Under the pieces are notes generated by a model. That model did no database searches. It was given only the letters and a program-made list of their open reading frames with translations, and was not told the DNA's origin. Shown piece after piece: positions 46,208 to 55,333 of a stretch of 63,134 bases of DNA. This DNA is from a virus (Duplodnaviria > Caudoviricetes). The position numbers were made by a program, and so were the translations under genes. Position 1 is the first letter of the stretch; each line of letters begins with the position of its first letter. The stretch spans positions 1-63,134 of the IMG/VR virus record IMGVR_UViG_3300032677_000031. One strand, written 5' to 3'.

Positions 46208-46574
46208 GTAAAAAATCTTTTGGGCTCCTGCCGTGTGAAATATCTACTTCCCCTATTGGCTGATTGCTGTTCACGTCGTCGTGAGCATCCTCGCTAGAAT
46301 CCATGTGGCCCAGCACGCTCATTGCTTTCCAGTCCAGCGTACTTTGCCCGGTAATTAGCGTTGTGGCCAAAGCTCCGAAAAACAAAACCACAAGATTGGC
46401 CAGCTCAACGATGTCCTTGGAAACCTCCGAATGGAACAGGATCAAAACTGCGCTAACCGCAAAAACCAAAAGCACAGAAGCAGCCGCAACAAAGGCATAA
46501 AGAGCTTTTTTGCTGTCTTTTGGCTTCTGAGTAAGCTTTTCAGAAATCAGTTGAGTTTTTGTGGCGTTCAACAT
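46191..46574 (-). CDS. two-TM membrane protein, putative holin
   Basis: Two hydrophobic helices; adjacent to endolysin. Confidence 0.55.
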   Translation of the reverse strand: MLNATKTQLISEKLTQKPKDSKKALYAFVAAASVLLVFAVSAVLILFHSEVSKDIVELANLVVLFFGALATTLITGQSTLDWKAMSVLGHMDSSEDAHDDVNSNQPIGEVDISHGRSPKDFLRDSTF

Positions 46575-47079
46575 AATCAGAAGCCCTTTGCATAATCTGG
46601 GACGATTCTTTCAGATTAGCTATCCCAAGGTTGCAGTCAACACAAAGCAACCCTCGAACTTTTCCCGTTTTGTGGCAATGATCTACTGCTAAATTTTTTC
46701 CGGAAAAGCAAAGATTTTCGCAGATAGCGCAAACCCCTTTTTGAGAATCTAGAATTTCGTTATATTGAGCTAGGGTTAGTCCAAACCGACGCAGCAAATC
46801 TTTCTCTCTAAACTTTTCAGGAGCCGCACGGTATTGTGCTTTGACTCGGTTGATCTCCCGCTCTCGGTTATTGGCATAATAACGTTTATTCCGATCCTTA
46901 ATTTTTTCGGGGTTATTTTTAAGGTGGCGTCGGCAACTTTCCCTAGCCTTTTGTCGCATTTTTTCAAAATGCTCTTTAGAAACCCACCATTCCTTTCCCG
47001 TTTTTTTACGGGACCAAAAAACTAAGCCGTCTTCCCGAACGGTACCTTGTTTTACAGCAGATGACCTAGGGCGAACCAT
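46540..47079 (-). CDS. endonuclease VII-family homing endonuclease
   Basis: Q.GVCAIC...LAVDHCHKTGKVRGLLCVDCN; AT-rich; sits inside the lysis cassette. Confidence 0.88.
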   Translation of the reverse strand: MVRPRSSAVKQGTVREDGLVFWSRKKTGKEWWVSKEHFEKMRQKARESCRRHLKNNPEKIKDRNKRYYANNREREINRVKAQYRAAPEKFREKDLLRRFGLTLAQYNEILDSQKGVCAICENLCFSGKNLAVDHCHKTGKVRGLLCVDCNLGIANLKESSQIMQRASDYVERHKNSTDF

Positions 47080-47552
47080 GCAGAGGTAAAGGTGATGATT
47101 ACGATTCCGCCAGTTATCCAGGCTCCGTAAGGAATATTCTTGAACAATGCCCAGCCAATTCCTCCCGCAACAATAGAAATCAAGGCCGAGCAGAGAAAAA
47201 GTAGATGCTGGAGATGTTCCACTCGGTTTTCAAGCGAGGTAATCTTGATGTCTTTGTTTTGAGAATCGTTTTTCCACCAATCTCGCTGACCTTCTAGTTG
47301 TTTTGAAGCAGTTTCCTGAACGATCAGCTTTTCTTGGGTCTCAACAACTTCTTTTTTAGCCTCAACAAGCGCCGGTTTGGCAGTTTGGAGGTCTTTTGAA
47401 GCAATTGCTTTGTCCAAAAATCTGTTGATCTCCTGAACTTCAGCGATTGCCGGGGAAAGATCCACCTCGGCAGGTTTATGGGCAGTAGCACAACCGTTTA
47501 AAATTAACAAAATTGATCCTAGCAAAGGCAACAATGCTTCTAATTTTTTCAT
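47052..47552 (-). CDS. lipoprotein with coiled coil and C-terminal TM helices, putative unimolecular spanin
   Basis: Start MKKLEAL; lipobox-like LNGC; two C-terminal hydrophobic helices. Confidence 0.55.
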   Translation of the reverse strand: MKKLEALLPLLGSILLILNGCATAHKPAEVDLSPAIAEVQEINRFLDKAIASKDLQTAKPALVEAKKEVVETQEKLIVQETASKQLEGQRDWWKNDSQNKDIKITSLENRVEHLQHLLFLCSALISIVAGGIGWALFKNIPYGAWITGGIVIITFTSAWFALGHLL

Positions 47553-47710
47553 TTTTTTGAGTTTTTTATGATGGTGAGGATTGAGGCGGCAGCGGAAAGA
47601 AGCAAACAAATCCATTGAGCCGCTGGGGGGACTTCTGGCACTAGCGAAGCCAAAAAAAGCACAAAACTAGTAGCAGATCCAAAAAAAAGATTGCCTGGTT
47701 GTGAGTGCAT
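47549..47710 (-). CDS. 53-aa two-TM holin-like protein (not in ORF track)
   Basis: MHSQPGNLFFGSATSFVLFLASLV...WICLLLSAAASILTIIKNSKK; overlaps both neighbours. Confidence 0.55.
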   Translation of the reverse strand: MHSQPGNLFFGSATSFVLFLASLVPEVPPAAQWICLLLSAAASILTIIKNSKK

Positions 47711-47988
47711 TATGTTGTAGTAGCAACTTGGGTTGTAGTTTCAACGAACTTTGGCTTATCCGCTTCAATAGCCGCTTTCCAAATAGCCTGATCCACAACA
47801 TATTGAGAAATCAAATCGGTAGGCCATTTACTAGGTACTGCCACATATACATCCCCATCAGCATTAACTGGCTTATTAGGTATCAAAGAAGTTGGCACAA
47901 ATTCCGAAGGATACCCCAATTCTGCGTCAAGAGATGCACGAAGCGGCTCATAATTAGCTTGCGGAATTTTAAGATAAATTAAGCCCAT
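47710..47988 (-). CDS. hypothetical protein
   Basis: 92 aa; follows the LamG-like gene. Confidence 0.6.
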   Translation of the reverse strand: MGLIYLKIPQANYEPLRASLDAELGYPSEFVPTSLIPNKPVNADGDVYVAVPSKWPTDLISQYVVDQAIWKAAIEADKPKFVETTTQVATTT

Positions 47989-48923
47989 TTTGTTGAAAGG
48001 TAGGATTGCAATGCAGTAATTTGTGCCGATGTAGGTGCGGCATTATACATAATTACCTCGCCTATTGGGGGGCTTGAATTTGCAAAATAAGAACTGGGGT
48101 TATTTGAAATTCCAACGCTAAATGACGTTAAAGTATGTGCATCATTATGTGCTGCTGTTGAGGAAGTAACACTTGCGTTTGAACCATTTGATAAATTAAG
48201 CGTTGAGGTATATGAACTGCCATAATTTAGCGTACCAGTCAAAACGTAACCTTTTTGTGCGCTTGAATTTCTTGCTGAAGTGCTATTGTCATTCCATCCT
48301 CCTCCAGTAGTTCCATAGGTAAAAGCTCCTGTTCCAAGTTGTATGGAAGATCCAATGTTTTGCGCTTCATCTAAGGTTACAGCATAATTGCCAGAATATT
48401 CCCCACTTTGTAGATTATGAGTATATCCAAAAGTAACTTGTGAAGCCCCAAATTGGGACATTCCATAACAAGTAGCCGCAACAAAAATCCATAAAGATTG
48501 AGGAGTCCAACCTGAAGAAACCAATCCTTGCGGCGATCCCGATGATGTATAAATTCCGTATTGTGAGCCTAAATAATAATCCCCGTTAGGGCTATTAAGG
48601 GATGTTTGGGATGCCCACTCATACTGAACTCCTGTTCCATTTCTTGGATCTGCCAAAGTTGGCATTGAAACGCCAGAAACAGTATTAAGATCACCAAGCG
48701 TTCCTGTGCCAGCATATCGGTTTTTCCATTTAGCTATATTGCCGTCAAAAGATCCGCTTGTGGCATTGTTGCCATTATCGTCAATAATGTTTGCCAAGGA
48801 ACTCGCATCGTACCAAGCAACCAAGTTTGGGACTTGAGATGGGTCAAATGGAACAGAAGATGATGGCTTTTGATAAGCCCCAAACTTCCTATTTAAAATC
48901 TGACTTGCGTAGGCAAGGCTCAT
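47979..48923 (-). CDS. LamG/ConA-like lectin-domain virion protein
   Basis: LVAWYDAS...W.N...IGEVIMYN...LQSYLSTKW; AT-rich. Confidence 0.7.
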   Translation of the reverse strand: MSLAYASQILNRKFGAYQKPSSSVPFDPSQVPNLVAWYDASSLANIIDDNGNNATSGSFDGNIAKWKNRYAGTGTLGDLNTVSGVSMPTLADPRNGTGVQYEWASQTSLNSPNGDYYLGSQYGIYTSSGSPQGLVSSGWTPQSLWIFVAATCYGMSQFGASQVTFGYTHNLQSGEYSGNYAVTLDEAQNIGSSIQLGTGAFTYGTTGGGWNDNSTSARNSSAQKGYVLTGTLNYGSSYTSTLNLSNGSNASVTSSTAAHNDAHTLTSFSVGISNNPSSYFANSSPPIGEVIMYNAAPTSAQITALQSYLSTKWA

Positions 48924-48925
48924 CG

Positions 48926-49756
48926 TCAGCTTCCGATAAACGAAACGGTGGAGGATCCTCCGGAACCATTCAAGATATAGATTGAATTGGTATTGGAGAC
49001 CACAAGCCCGACTGAAGCGCCGGCAGCAAGCGAATACCCGTTTCCGGAAGTCAACCCGCTATTCCCAATATAAACGGCGTTAGTTGCCCCAGTATTAGTG
49101 ACAATTACACCCGTGGTCACCGTGTTAGAAGGAAGCGCCGCGGCAGAAGAAGTGGTTGCTTGCTGCCCGTTAATAGGACCGCTAGGTGCGGCAATGTAGG
49201 GAAGCGTTGAGGAAGGATCAACGCCAACCGTCACAATACTAGTATCCGGGGCGCTGCTAACCACGGTTGTGATCGTCAAAGTCCCAGAACTGATGCTACT
49301 AGCAAGGCGTGAACGATAGGCAGGGAATCCAGCAACAGGAATCTGATAACCTTTGTTGAAATTAGCTCCCAGCGTAGAAGTTGAGGTTGTTGTGTAATCG
49401 CTAACAGAAGCAGCTTTGACCGGAATCCAAGCAGCCCCATCATATACTTCAAAGGCAACCGTGCCACCACTATGAGACCCCTGGGTGACCAAGGTTACGA
49501 CAACTGTGTCCATGCCAGAAGTAGAAACCTGCGTTGCAGTATTCTGCGGAGTAGCTGAAGTCCAAGTAGCCACAATTGGGTTGGTGTATGCATCAACAAT
49601 TGGAAGCCCAAAAGTTGCTGAGACCGGAGACCCTCCGACCGAAAGGCTTAACCCAGCGGGGTTTGGCCCCTGCCCGGACAGGGCATACAGAGCTTGCAGC
49701 GCAAGCTGATAATATTGATTAGTTGCTACGATTGAAGGAATTGCAGGGAGGGCCAT
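48926..49756 (-). CDS. Ser/Thr-rich structural (decoration) protein
   Basis: Beta-rich composition; downstream of MCP. Confidence 0.55.
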   Translation of the reverse strand: MALPAIPSIVATNQYYQLALQALYALSGQGPNPAGLSLSVGGSPVSATFGLPIVDAYTNPIVATWTSATPQNTATQVSTSGMDTVVVTLVTQGSHSGGTVAFEVYDGAAWIPVKAASVSDYTTTSTSTLGANFNKGYQIPVAGFPAYRSRLASSISSGTLTITTVVSSAPDTSIVTVGVDPSSTLPYIAAPSGPINGQQATTSSAAALPSNTVTTGVIVTNTGATNAVYIGNSGLTSGNGYSLAAGASVGLVVSNTNSIYILNGSGGSSTVSFIGS

Positions 49757-49762
49757 AGGATT

Positions 49763-50320
49763 TTAGTTTAGCTGAGCGATTGTTACGTTTGCGGAAGGAG
49801 ATGCAGGTCGGGTTGGATTAGTGCCGGCTGAAGTTGGCAAAAGTTCCATGTAGGTATTTTGAGACCACCAAAAGAACTGAATATAATCCCCAGGATTAAA
49901 AGTATAGACCGTTTCAACGTTTGCCAACACTTGATTGTTAACCCCTGAAGTGGTGAACGTATAAGAAGAATTAGGTACAATATTGCCATTTACGGCATAC
50001 CAAACCTCAACTAGATAATTGCTACCACCTCCAGTGGTAACAAACTGACCAAGAAAATTTACAAGATAGCTACCCCCGTTTGTAAAAGTAATCTGGCTTC
50101 CGTTTTGTACAGATATTCCGTTAGTAACCCCTTGGTTCCCAAACTTTACAAGGTTTGAGCTAGTTGCCCCTGCATTTGTCTGAGTAGTCAGATCGTAAAA
50201 AGCTCCGTAGTTGCTAATGTTTACAATCTGAGGATTATTGATTAACGAAACCGCATAATTCTTCCACGTGGCGCATCCCTGCACCAGACGGGTTAAAAGA
50301 GTGTATTCTTGTGGGGTCAT
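49763..50320 (-). CDS. C1q/BclA-C-like head decoration protein
   Basis: YGAFYD.TTQ...GISV...ITF...G.Y.VNF...GDYIQ. Confidence 0.55.
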   Translation of the reverse strand: MTPQEYTLLTRLVQGCATWKNYAVSLINNPQIVNISNYGAFYDLTTQTNAGATSSNLVKFGNQGVTNGISVQNGSQITFTNGGSYLVNFLGQFVTTGGGSNYLVEVWYAVNGNIVPNSSYTFTTSGVNNQVLANVETVYTFNPGDYIQFFWWSQNTYMELLPTSAGTNPTRPASPSANVTIAQLN

Positions 50321-50339
50321 GTTGATGTGGTCTGACTGA

Positions 50340-50368
50340 GTGGGGCTAGGCTATTCACCTAACCCCAC
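50340..50368 (-). terminator. hairpin after the MCP gene (stabiliser or weak terminator; no U-tract)
   Basis: GTGGGGTTAGG-TGAATAG-CCTAGCCCCAC on the - strand. Confidence 0.45.
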
Positions 50369-50385
50369 CTGTGTCAAACTACTTC

Positions 50386-51753
50386 TTACAGACCGGTTGT
50401 GCTGGTCGCGCAAGCGAGCGCGAGACCGTCAAACGGGCAGCGCTTGTAGAGAACCGCGCAGACGTTCTGAGGACGAATCGGCTGGAATGCACGGCTAATC
50501 TGGTAGATGTGCTGTCCATAATCACCGAATTGGTTCTCATAGTTGTCGCGGTAGTAGGTCCACTCGAGTTCGCCCATAGCAAGCTGAGGAGCGAAACGGA
50601 AGGTGCCTTCTCCGACGTAGGTCTCGGGGACCAAACGCTTGAAGCTCTCGCCGGCCATGACGAAGAGAACTTCGTAGTTGGCGTTAACCCAAGCTGGATT
50701 GCGGCGCTGGCCGTAACCGTTGGTGACTGCCTGAGCAACGATCGGCTCGATCGGGGTGATCGTACCATCAACGTTGACACCGGCGGTGCGGATAGGCTGC
50801 TGGTCGATACCGAAGGCGAAGCCGCGGTAGCCCATGAACTGATAGCCAGTGATGCTGTCCTCACCGAGCTTGAAGCTTCCGGCGGTGAGATAGAGGAGGT
50901 CTTCCTTGACGTCAGCGTCGTTACGGAAGACTTCGATCTGATCAGCGGAGGCGAGAACTTGGAAGAACTCTCCGTCCTTGCTGGCGAAAGGCTCGGCAAG
51001 CATCTCCTCGCGGAGGAAGGTACCGATCTTGTACAGCGTCTTGAAGTTCATCGGAGAATCAGGATTGATCACCGCGAACTTGGTGTTGATCTGCTGCATG
51101 TCACCAGTCAGGTTGGCCGTGAAGCTCTGGGTGCTGTTGGAGACATACTTGATACCGGACTGAACGAGCAGCTGATAGCGGATGTCCGAGTTGATGATCT
51201 GGAGGATCGTCTTCTCGAGAGCCACTTGAGCTTGCAGGTAGCTGCCCTTGAAGGCGGCACGTGCGGTCTTGACGTTAACGCGAGGACCAGCACCGCGGAG
51301 GGTCTGGAGCTGATAGAGGTACTCAGTCGTACCAACGCGGTCACCGGTGATTGCGGTGGAACCGAGAGGGAACACTGTGCTCTGGCTGTAGGATCCGCCA
51401 CCAACGGAGTTGGGGGTCGTTCCCTGATAAGGATCAGAAGGAACGTTAGGATCCGTGACAGGGTTGGCTTGGCCCCAAACTGGGGTGTTAGCGTTGCCCC
51501 AGCTGGAGGACGCGAGGAAGCTCAGGTCGCTGTCGTTAACGAAAGCGGGAGCTGCAAGCGAAGCGCGGGGAACGGCCATTTCCTCAACGATCGAACGAAC
51601 GACGTCCGAGCTGTTGGGGAGGGTACCGCCGTCGATTGAGTTGATGAACGGGCTCTTACGAGCCAGAACGCGGGCGATCTGCCCAATGATACGGTTTACA
51701 TCCTTCGAGGCGAAGTTTTGTACCGCATCCAAACTGACATTTGCTGTTGCCAT
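50386..51753 (-). CDS. major capsid protein
   Basis: 455 aa; very strong codon bias; own promoter and downstream hairpin; position in head module. Confidence 0.75.
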   Translation of the reverse strand: MATANVSLDAVQNFASKDVNRIIGQIARVLARKSPFINSIDGGTLPNSSDVVRSIVEEMAVPRASLAAPAFVNDSDLSFLASSSWGNANTPVWGQANPVTDPNVPSDPYQGTTPNSVGGGSYSQSTVFPLGSTAITGDRVGTTEYLYQLQTLRGAGPRVNVKTARAAFKGSYLQAQVALEKTILQIINSDIRYQLLVQSGIKYVSNSTQSFTANLTGDMQQINTKFAVINPDSPMNFKTLYKIGTFLREEMLAEPFASKDGEFFQVLASADQIEVFRNDADVKEDLLYLTAGSFKLGEDSITGYQFMGYRGFAFGIDQQPIRTAGVNVDGTITPIEPIVAQAVTNGYGQRRNPAWVNANYEVLFVMAGESFKRLVPETYVGEGTFRFAPQLAMGELEWTYYRDNYENQFGDYGQHIYQISRAFQPIRPQNVCAVLYKRCPFDGLALACATSTTGL

Positions 51754-51960
51754 TGTAGTGGTTGTTTTTTCCTCAAGCCACCCCTCGTTTTGTTTGGTTA
51801 GAGTGACGACCCAAGGGTGTACGGCGACCGCGTGCGGTCACGATACGAAGGTTGGTTCTGTGTCACTCTCCGGCACGCTGAGAGCTTTATTGCGGCCTGT
51901 TCAGTGAGTCTTTTTGGCTCTCACAAAGCCACCCTCATACGGAGAAGGCACGCCGAGTTA
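51754..51960 (-). ncRNA. structured ~200-nt 5' leader of the MCP mRNA
   Basis: Stems CGGCGUG/CGUGCCG, GGCUUU/AGAGCC, AGAGUGAC/GUCACUCU, GUGACCGC/GCGGUCGC with G-U pairs on the - strand. Confidence 0.5.
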
Positions 51961-51966
51961 TGAGCT

Positions 51967-51997
51967 CTTGTAGGACAAATTGACGCACTCGTCAATT
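51967..51997 (-). promoter_or_regulatory. MCP promoter overlapped by a palindrome
   Basis: TTGACG-17 nt-TACAAG; AATTGACG-CACT-CGTCAATT at 51978-51997. Confidence 0.6.
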
Positions 51998-52288
51998 CTT
52001 TTTTTCAATTATTTCTGCCTCGGCCATACAATTGCATTTGATTATGCCTTCAAGGATTGCCATCTCAGCTGCCTCGACAGCGTGCTCGTCCACGTCGGGA
52101 ATTGCGGCATGGATGCACTCGTGAATTATTGTGGCCGGCATCTCTGCGCCCGGGCGGATGTAAATCGTGTGCTCGTCAAAGTCACAGAGCCCAACCGCGT
52201 CAGGAGCGTTTGGGGGCGCCTTCCTCAATACTTTCCACCACCTACCGCGGATCTTCAGTTTGAAGTTTTTGAAGGAGGGCTTTCTCAT
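51992..52288 (-). CDS. small HExxH zinc-metallopeptidase-like protein
   Basis: Start MRKPSFK; GLCD...TIYI...TIIHECIHA. Confidence 0.7.
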   Translation of the reverse strand: MRKPSFKNFKLKIRGRWWKVLRKAPPNAPDAVGLCDFDEHTIYIRPGAEMPATIIHECIHAAIPDVDEHAVEAAEMAILEGIIKCNCMAEAEIIEKKN

Positions 52289-52907
52289 TGGCTTTGAATC
52301 TAGTAATCCATCCGGGTCTTGTCTGACAAGAATAATCAACGTCTTGCGGTATGTGATCGAGATAATCGCCGTAGCGATCGCCGGTAAAGTGTTTATGGAC
52401 ATGGGTATACGGCAAAATGCTGTCCATGCAGATTCCCGAATAGCTGTCGTAGATGACGTTTAGAAAATTCTTTGCGCTGTTGTATTGGTCTCTGCAGATA
52501 ACCTGAAGTGCCGATTCGTGTAGGTTATGCTGAGGAGCCCAGAAAGTGTGCCATCCTGACTCAATTGAGTTTACAAACTCAATGATCCGATCTGACAAGA
52601 GAAAGGCATCTGACTCGGCGTGGATAATCTTGTCAAACCCTTTGTCAAACCCGCTGAGAACCCCGTAGCTGAAGCTGCGATACCATCCCGGGTACACGTG
52701 GGCTGCCTGACGCCCAAGTCTATTCTCAAACCGATGATACTCATTCTCGCTGAGAAAATCAGGCCGCGTAGGGCTTGCGTCGTCAACAATCAACAAATTA
52801 TTCACCTTTAGGGAAGAGTTGAAGTAGTGCTGGTGCCAAGGGAGGTAACGGTTTTCCCAGACCTCCGGCGACTCAGCGTAAGCGGTGCAGAAAAGTAATG
52901 TCCTCAC
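52242..52907 (-). CDS. glycosyltransferase-like protein (GT-A)
   Basis: LIVDDAS, IIHAESDAF. Confidence 0.55.
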   Translation of the reverse strand: MRTLLFCTAYAESPEVWENRYLPWHQHYFNSSLKVNNLLIVDDASPTRPDFLSENEYHRFENRLGRQAAHVYPGWYRSFSYGVLSGFDKGFDKIIHAESDAFLLSDRIIEFVNSIESGWHTFWAPQHNLHESALQVICRDQYNSAKNFLNVIYDSYSGICMDSILPYTHVHKHFTGDRYGDYLDHIPQDVDYSCQTRPGWITRFKANEKALLQKLQTEDPR

Positions 52908-53617
52908 AGCTTTGAAAAATCAACCTGACCACCTACGGCATACTGTGCTCCTTCGTAGGGAACAATGCTATTGGTTACCACGCAGTCCACTTCCTGAAGC
53001 AAAGGCTTACGAAGCCCCGCGGCAATCCAGAAAGCGCTCGACTGATTGCCGACAAAGAAATCGGCGCCCTCAATTGCTTTGGCAACCGCTAAACAATCCG
53101 CAGTCTCGTAGCGTTCAATAGGTGCAACTTCTTTCTGATACAGCTCGTGTTCCTCAGGGGTTCCCACAAACAAAGCACGGTCTCCAAAGTGCGCTGCAAC
53201 TTTTTTCCAAGGGAATGCAAGGTTCCTGTAACGAGGGGTTCTGTTAAAAATAACACGCCCTTTTGTTAACGGATCCGCTTCAACCTTGAGCCAAGGCTTA
53301 TCAATCTTGAAATGCCCGGTGTGCCGGTCAACGATCCCCATGTATCTGGCCTGACAATCCGTCAAGGATATATGGTGCTGGTAACACTGCCTCCAGTCCC
53401 CCATGTCAATATGAATAGCCCCTCGGATACAGCCATTCATGAAGAACACCCGTATTCCCTGCGACTCCAAAAGCGGTTTCAGAGTATCATACTTGAATCC
53501 GCTCATCGGAGCCATACCGGGGTCGTCACGGATAAGCAAAGCCTCCCCACCTACATGCTTATACAGCGGCAGGAAGGCTATGATGTCTCCGATATGTCCG
53601 GTATGGACAATCTTCAT
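52904..53617 (-). CDS. glycosyltransferase-like protein (GT9/heptosyltransferase-like)
   Basis: GHIGDII..LP, FVG, ADFFVGNQSSAFWIAAGL.KP. Confidence 0.65.
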   Translation of the reverse strand: MKIVHTGHIGDIIAFLPLYKHVGGEALLIRDDPGMAPMSGFKYDTLKPLLESQGIRVFFMNGCIRGAIHIDMGDWRQCYQHHISLTDCQARYMGIVDRHTGHFKIDKPWLKVEADPLTKGRVIFNRTPRYRNLAFPWKKVAAHFGDRALFVGTPEEHELYQKEVAPIERYETADCLAVAKAIEGADFFVGNQSSAFWIAAGLRKPLLQEVDCVVTNSIVPYEGAQYAVGGQVDFSKL

Positions 53618-54270
53618 TTACCCTTGCGGTTGGACTTTTTCTTAGGTGCCACAACCGGAGCGGGCTTCATAAAATCAGAAAAGATTCTAGCCATCGCATC
53701 CGACTTAGCTTCCCCGTCCACGGTCTTGCCGACGTGAACCAAAGGAAGGTCGGTAAAGAAATCTTTTTCGATTTTCAGGATCTCACACTCAGGCAAAGTT
53801 TTTACCCAATCTGGCGGCACAAACATCTCGCCAAAGGTAAAGTCTCTCAAAGCGCCGGCAACCGCCTGTGCATTTGCGTAGACTATCCAAGCGGGTCCGT
53901 CTTTGGGCACAGCAATATCAGCTTCCTTCTCAATTTCCTCAGCCATTGCAGGAGTGAATCCGAGGTTGAGTACGTCGTAATCGGTAAGCCATCCTCCATT
54001 GCCAACGTGAAGACCGCCCCAGCGAACGAAACGGGCAATCATTTTCTCCAAGACCTCGTTGTCAATCCCAGCGTTAAACTGACGCAGCCCCATGATACGG
54101 GACATGATTGCGTTAGCCCAAGGTGAGATAGAGACGTGGCTTGTGTTGAGCATCACGCATTCCCAGCCGTGAAGCTCCCAGCTTTTTTTCCAGAGATTAG
54201 CCTGTGCAAATTCCTCTGCCTGAGGAACTGTCAGGATTGACCGGTAGAAGGCGTATACTTTTTTTCTCAT
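53614..54270 (-). CDS. DxD glycosyltransferase-like protein
   Basis: W..SW...GW...L, F.RW...GGWLTDYD. Confidence 0.55.
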   Translation of the reverse strand: MRKKVYAFYRSILTVPQAEEFAQANLWKKSWELHGWECVMLNTSHVSISPWANAIMSRIMGLRQFNAGIDNEVLEKMIARFVRWGGLHVGNGGWLTDYDVLNLGFTPAMAEEIEKEADIAVPKDGPAWIVYANAQAVAGALRDFTFGEMFVPPDWVKTLPECEILKIEKDFFTDLPLVHVGKTVDGEAKSDAMARIFSDFMKPAPVVAPKKKSNRKGK

Positions 54271-54271
54271 A

Positions 54272-55315
54272 TCAATAAATTCCGTATCCCACGTGGAACA
54301 CGGGGAGACCTAAGTCAATGTGTGGCTGATGTCCAGCCTCTTTTGCCCTGCGGCAGAAAGAAACATCTTCTCCGCTGCCGTCATCTTTAGGCTGGAAGAA
54401 ATTGAAGGCGCCGTCTGGCTTGGTTGATTTGAGCTCTGGGTGCCTCTTCTGGATGTCTTCAAACACCGTGCGGTGAATGAGCATGCAGCCGGTTGCTACC
54501 CAATCTACAGGGATAATTGCATCCTCGTAAGCCTTTGCCCGCGGTGCCAACGAGAGATCGCTACACATGAGCGCTCCGTTTTCCTGACGGCCAAAGTATG
54601 CACCGCCGATCAAGCTCTTGCCGGATCCGATCAACCGGTGCAACACGTGGCGCTGCAGAGGTACGTCGGTCATTGTACGAGTCTTGGTCGGTACCCATGC
54701 ACGCATCCAGCCCGGGCGACCGATTGAAGGGATGATGTCGTCGTCAACCATGAGCAGCCACTTGGCGTCAGTCTCAAGGAACTGCTTGGCCAAACGGTTG
54801 CGGGAGTGATACACCATCGCGTCGCCGATTGACATCTCGTACCGGATCTTCTCGCGACCAAAGTCCAGAGCCATCGCAATCAAAGCAAATGCCGTGACTG
54901 GGTTGGTGGTCTTGTAGCAAGGGAAGCCGATCATAATGTCGCGCCCCTCAAACTCACAGCGGTAAGAGGGGAGTCCCTCCGGGCTGCGTGACTCGGTAAT
55001 CGGATTTGGTGCCTTCTCTTCCTTCTTAGCCTTGGGTGGCTTCAGAGTCTTGAGATTGCGAGTGGGCTTTGGTGCCTCCAAATCGTCTGTGGAACGCTGT
55101 GGAACATCACTTTTTGCTTCAGAATCGACATTTTCTGGAGTTAACGGGGCTTCTGAGGTCGGTTTAGCGGAGGTTTCGTCCCATTTTGCGTCGAACTTAC
55201 GGGCCTCCGGCTGCACCGGCACCCCATTACGCAGCATCTGAGTCGCGGGACCCTGAGCTGCAAACGGATTTGTGGACGCGGTGTAACGTACGGTATTTAC
55301 TTCATCTCTGTTCAT
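54272..55315 (-). CDS. GT2-like glycosyltransferase with disordered N-terminal extension
   Basis: SRN.L...FL...WLLMVDDD, ATGCMLIHR.VF, GEDVSFC.RA..AG. Confidence 0.75.
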   Translation of the reverse strand: MNRDEVNTVRYTASTNPFAAQGPATQMLRNGVPVQPEARKFDAKWDETSAKPTSEAPLTPENVDSEAKSDVPQRSTDDLEAPKPTRNLKTLKPPKAKKEEKAPNPITESRSPEGLPSYRCEFEGRDIMIGFPCYKTTNPVTAFALIAMALDFGREKIRYEMSIGDAMVYHSRNRLAKQFLETDAKWLLMVDDDIIPSIGRPGWMRAWVPTKTRTMTDVPLQRHVLHRLIGSGKSLIGGAYFGRQENGALMCSDLSLAPRAKAYEDAIIPVDWVATGCMLIHRTVFEDIQKRHPELKSTKPDGAFNFFQPKDDGSGEDVSFCRRAKEAGHQPHIDLGLPVFHVGYGIY

Positions 55316-55333
55316 AGACTGTATGGGTTAGGA

